From Escherichia coli (GTDB lineage Bacteria; Pseudomonadota; Gammaproteobacteria; Enterobacterales; Enterobacteriaceae), in NCBI RefSeq assembly GCF_022846255.1, contig NZ_AP025682.1: 64,000 nt of DNA; one strand, 5' to 3'. The notes beneath the pieces are model-generated. The model saw nothing but the letters and a program-made list of their open reading frames with translations. It was not told where the DNA came from and searched no databases. Position 1 is the first letter of the stretch. Every line of letters begins with the position of its first letter. The position numbers and the translations under genes are program-made. Of the stretch, positions 60,435 to 64,000 are shown one piece after another.

Positions 60435-61730
60435 ATGGCTATCAAATCACCTCCCGGACTTATTCCTTTATCACACTTATCGGGTGAGGAACTCCTGGCC
60501 CACCTGCGCTTTAACCGGGTTACCGATGAAAAAGGACGTTATCTGCCTTTTGATGAGTTGCAGTACCGCATCAAAAAAGGAGAAAACGTCGATGTGGCGT
60601 GGACGCTTACCCGTCTGGCGCGCAACGCGGCGATCCAACGAATTAATTATTGCAATGAAGCGGGTGAACAGGCCGGATTCAACATTACCCCGGTGATTGC
60701 AGAAGCGTGCGAGCTTGTCGACAAACGTGCTACCGCGCTGGCGCTGAAAGATCAGACTGAACGGTTACGCGGGGCCGGAGCCGAGTTAAGCCAGTTACGC
60801 CTGGAAGAGCCGATCACCAGCTCCCAGCTGGAAGGTGCGAATACTACAACGCTGGTGGCGAGAAAAATGCTGGAAACAGGGCGGTCGCCACGCACTGAAG
60901 ACGAGCATATGATTGCGGGAAATGCCCGGCTGATGGCGGAAATTCCGCACTTACTCGCAGAACCGCTGACACCTGCGCTTATTCGCCAGTTACATGCCAT
61001 TGGTATGGGTGGAATCAATGACGCGAAATATCGTCCGGGAGAATTTCGTGAAACAGATGATGTTGTGATCGCCGACTATGATGGCAATATAGTGCATCAA
61101 CCGCCCGCTGCGGCATTGTTACCGGAACGGCTGGAAAAAGTTTGCCAGTGGTTAAACAGCCATGAAGGGTATATTCATCCGTTGGTCCGTGCCTGCATTC
61201 TGCATTTTATGCTGGCCCATGAACATCCGTTTCGGGATGGCAACGGGCGCACCAGTCGGGCGCTGTTTTACTGGTATATGCTGAAATCGGGCTACGATGT
61301 CTTTAAATATATTTCCATCAGCCGTTTGCTTCATGCTGCACCGGTCAAATATGCCGCCAGCTACCAGTACACTGAATCAGATGGTATGGATCTGACTTAT
61401 TTCCTTGAATATCAGGCGGGTGTCATTAAACGTGCTCTGCAAAACTGGCAGCAGCATATCGATGAAATTACACAACGAAGCGCAAAACTCGATAGTGTGC
61501 TGTTTAGCTCTGGTGTGCTTAAACGCCTGAATCCGCGCCAGGTAACGCTCCTGAATGTGATGCTCGCCAATCCGGGGAAAGAGTACACAGTTGCTGAAAT
61601 TAGCGCGAGCCTGGGCGTCTCTGATAATACGGCTCGAGCTGATTTACGGACAATTGTTAAAGAAGGATTCGCGCAAGAGAAAAGAATTAATAACCAGCAA
61701 GCAGTGTACGTCGCACACTACCCGCTGTAG
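60435..61730 (+). CDS. Fic-domain protein (Fic core [14 protein letters not shown], upstream inhibitory-type motif SSQLEG, C-terminal winged-HTH-like region)
   Basis: 431-aa ORF; canonical HxFx(D/E)GNGRxxR Fic motif; a [S/T]xxxE[G/N] segment (TSSQLEGAN) N-terminal to it; C-terminal [36 protein letters not shown] looks like a wHTH. Confidence 0.8.
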   Translation: MAIKSPPGLIPLSHLSGEELLAHLRFNRVTDEKGRYLPFDELQYRIKKGENVDVAWTLTRLARNAAIQRINYCNEAGEQAGFNITPVIAEACELVDKRATALALKDQTERLRGAGAELSQLRLEEPITSSQLEGANTTTLVARKMLETGRSPRTEDEHMIAGNARLMAEIPHLLAEPLTPALIRQLHAIGMGGINDAKYRPGEFRETDDVVIADYDGNIVHQPPAAALLPERLEKVCQWLNSHEGYIHPLVRACILHFMLAHEHPFRDGNGRTSRALFYWYMLKSGYDVFKYISISRLLHAAPVKYAASYQYTESDGMDLTYFLEYQAGVIKRALQNWQQHIDEITQRSAKLDSVLFSSGVLKRLNPRQVTLLNVMLANPGKEYTVAEISASLGVSDNTARADLRTIVKEGFAQEKRINNQQAVYVAHYPL

Positions 61731-61837
61731 CTTTTGCCCGTAAATTCGTGATAGCCGTCGTAAAGCTGTTACCGGCTGGCGAAGATTTCGCCAGTCACGT
61801 CTACCCTTGTTATACCTCACACCGCAAGGAGACGATC

Positions 61838-63376
61838 ATGACCAATAATCCCCCTTCAGCACAGATTAAGCCCGGCGAGTATGGTTTCCCCCTCAAATTA
61901 AAAGCCCGCTACGACAACTTTATCGGTGGCGAATGGGTAGCGCCTGCCGATGGCGAGTATTACCAGAACCTGACGCCGGTGACCGGGCAGCTACTGTGCG
62001 AAGTGGCGTCTTCGGGCAAACGAGACATCGATCTGGCGCTGGATGCTGCGCATAAAGTGAAAGATAAATGGGCGCACACCTCGGTGCAGGATCGCGCGGC
62101 GATTCTGTTTAAGATTGCCGATCGAATGGAACAAAACCTTGAACTTTTAGCGACGGCAGAAACCTGGGATAACGGCAAACCCATTCGCGAAACCAGTGCT
62201 GCCGACGTGCCGCTGGCGATTGATCATTTTCGCTATTTCGCCTCGTGTATTCGGGCGCAGGAAGGTGGGATCAGTGAAGTGGATAGCGAAACCGTGGCCT
62301 ATCATTTCCATGAACCGTTAGGCGTGGTGGGGCAGATTATCCCGTGGAACTTCCCGCTGCTGATGGCGAGCTGGAAAATGGCCCCCGCGCTGGCGGCGGG
62401 CAACTGTGTGGTGCTGAAACCCGCACGTCTTACTCCGCTTTCTGTACTGCTGCTAATGGAAATCGTCGGTGATTTACTGCCGCCAGGGGTGGTGAACGTG
62501 GTCAATGGCGCAGGTGGGGAAATTGGCGAATATCTGGCGACCTCGAAACGCATCTCCAAAGTGGCGTTTACTGGCTCAACGGAAGTGGGCCAACAAATTA
62601 TGCAATACGCCACGCAAAACATTATTCCGGTGACGCTGGAGCTGGGCGGCAAATCGCCAAATATCTTCTTTGCTGATGTGATGGATGAAGAAGATGCCTT
62701 TTTCGATAAAGCGCTGGAAGGCTTTGCACTGTTTGCCTTTAACCAGGGCGAAGTTTGCACCTGTCCAAGCCGTGCTTTAGTGCAGGAGTCTATCTACGAA
62801 CGCTTTATGGAACGCGCTATCCGCCGTGTCGAAAGCATTCGCAGCGGTAACCCGCTCGACAGCGTGACGCAAATGGGCGCGCAGGTTTCTCACGGGCAAC
62901 TGGAAACCATCCTCAACTACATTGATATCGGTAAAAAAGAGGGCGCTGATGTGCTCACCGGCGGGCGACGCAAGCTGCTGGAAGGCGAACTGAAAGACGG
63001 CTACTACCTCGAACCGACGATTCTGTTTGGTCAGAACAATATGCGCGTGTTCCAGGAGGAGATTTTTGGCCCGGTGCTGGCGGTAACCACCTTCAAAACG
63101 ATAGAAGAAGCGCTGGAGCTGGCGAACGATACGCAATATGGCCTGGGCGCGGGCGTCTGGAGCCGCAACGGTAATCTGGCCTATAAGATGGGGCGCGGCA
63201 TTCAGGCTGGGCGCGTGTGGACCAACTGTTATCACGCTTACCCGGCACATGCGGCGTTTGGCGGCTACAAACAATCAGGCATTGGCCGCGAAACCCACAA
63301 AATGATGCTTGAGCATTACCAGCAAACCAAGTGCCTGCTGGTGAGCTACTCGGATAAACCGTTGGGGCTGTTCTGA
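61838..63376 (+). CDS. aldB: Aldehyde dehydrogenase B
   Basis: ORF contains [51 protein letters not shown]...; 512 aa from ATG 61838. Confidence 0.95.
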   Translation: MTNNPPSAQIKPGEYGFPLKLKARYDNFIGGEWVAPADGEYYQNLTPVTGQLLCEVASSGKRDIDLALDAAHKVKDKWAHTSVQDRAAILFKIADRMEQNLELLATAETWDNGKPIRETSAADVPLAIDHFRYFASCIRAQEGGISEVDSETVAYHFHEPLGVVGQIIPWNFPLLMASWKMAPALAAGNCVVLKPARLTPLSVLLLMEIVGDLLPPGVVNVVNGAGGEIGEYLATSKRISKVAFTGSTEVGQQIMQYATQNIIPVTLELGGKSPNIFFADVMDEEDAFFDKALEGFALFAFNQGEVCTCPSRALVQESIYERFMERAIRRVESIRSGNPLDSVTQMGAQVSHGQLETILNYIDIGKKEGADVLTGGRRKLLEGELKDGYYLEPTILFGQNNMRVFQEEIFGPVLAVTTFKTIEEALELANDTQYGLGAGVWSRNGNLAYKMGRGIQAGRVWTNCYHAYPAHAAFGGYKQSGIGRETHKMMLEHYQQTKCLLVSYSDKPLGLF

Positions 63377-63387
63377 TGTGAAAGGCT

Positions 63388-63407
63388 GCCCGGCGTGTAT
63401 TGCCGGG
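63388..63407. terminator. Hairpin GCCCGGC-N6-GCCGGGC between convergent aldB and the epimerase gene
   Basis: GC-rich inverted repeat in the 46-bp convergent gap; possible bidirectional terminator, inferred. Confidence 0.4.
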
Positions 63408-63422
63408 CACTATCAGGTATGG

Positions 63423-64000
63423 CTACTGCCCGTAATAGGCATTGGCCCCATGCTTACGCAGGTAGTGCTTATCCAGCAGTTCGTTTTGCATCGCAGGGAG
63501 CTGTGGCGCAAGCTGGCGCGAGAACAGACCCATATAGGCGCACTCTTCCAGTACCACGGCGTTATGCACCGCATCGGCGGCATTTTTTCCCCAGGCGAAC
63601 GGGCCGTGAGAATGCACCAGTACCGCCGGGATTTGTGCCGGGTTCAACCCACGCTCTTCGAAGGTTTTAATGATCACTTTGCCGGTCTGGTATTCATACT
63701 CGCCGTTGATCTCTTCTGCGGTCATCAGGCGCGTGCAGGGGATGGCTCCGTAAAAATAATCGGCGTGAGTAGTGCCCCAGGCGGGGAGATCAAGTCCGGC
63801 CTGCGACCAGATGGTGGCGTGGCGCGAGTGGGTATGCACTATGCCGCCAATCTCCGCAAAGCGACGGTAAAGCGCCAGATGCGTTGGCGTGTCGGAAGAG
63901 GGCTTTTTGCTGCCTTCCACCACCTTGCCGCTGGCTATCTCAACCACCACCATATCGTCGGCGGTCATTACCTCATACTCAACGCCGGAAGGCTTAATCA
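63423..64000 (-). CDS. L-ribulose-5-phosphate 4-epimerase (class II aldolase family; SgbE-like), C-terminal part; 5' end beyond window
   Basis: Partial [77 protein letters not shown]...[14 protein letters not shown]; SgbE, AraD and UlaF paralogues cannot be separated without alignment. Confidence 0.7.
   Translation of the reverse strand, partial: IKPSGVEYEVMTADDMVVVEIASGKVVEGSKKPSSDTPTHLALYRRFAEIGGIVHTHSRHATIWSQAGLDLPAWGTTHADYFYGAIPCTRLMTAEEINGEYEYQTGKVIIKTFEERGLNPAQIPAVLVHSHGPFAWGKNAADAVHNAVVLEECAYMGLFSRQLAPQLPAMQNELLDKHYLRKHGANAYYGQ

Overview
This window reads as Escherichia coli (or a very close relative) chromosome, the ~81-82 min region in reverse orientation relative to K-12: spoT-rpoZ-gmk, ligB, yicG, a dinD remnant, yicC, rph-pyrE, slmA-dut-coaBC, yicR, rpmBG, mutM, coaD-waaA, the LPS core (waa) locus, kbl-tdh, waaH, yibQ-envC-gpmM, yibN-grxC-secB-gpsA-cysE, trmL, lldPRD, a SadB-like lipoprotein plus trimeric autotransporter adhesin, yibL/yibT, mtlADR, yibIH, yibF, selAB, yiaY, a Fic-domain gene, aldB and the 3' end of an L-ribulose-5-phosphate 4-epimerase gene. 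All identifications come from reading the supplied ORF translations and the DNA, recalled against known E. coli proteins; no database search was run. Nearly all of the window is conserved housekeeping sequence. The parts that differ from my recollection of K-12 are: (1) an R1/R4-type outer-core gene set (waaO-T-Y-W, a GT25 transferase, waaL) in place of the K-12 set; (2) a two-gene SadB-like lipoprotein / UpaG-EhaG-family adhesin module carrying 249-bp tandem repeats; (3) a 431-aa Fic-domain protein with a C-terminal wHTH, preceded by two matching palindromes, between yiaY and aldB; (4) a truncated dinD that keeps its LexA box; (5) apparent absence of the rhsA element and of yiaTUVW; (6) an intact rph. 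No CRISPR array, tRNA, rRNA, IS element or prophage gene was seen. I did not find a clear multi-gene system that looks undescribed; the Fic locus is the best candidate for something poorly characterised, and the adhesin module is the most conspicuous accessory system, though it belongs to a described family.
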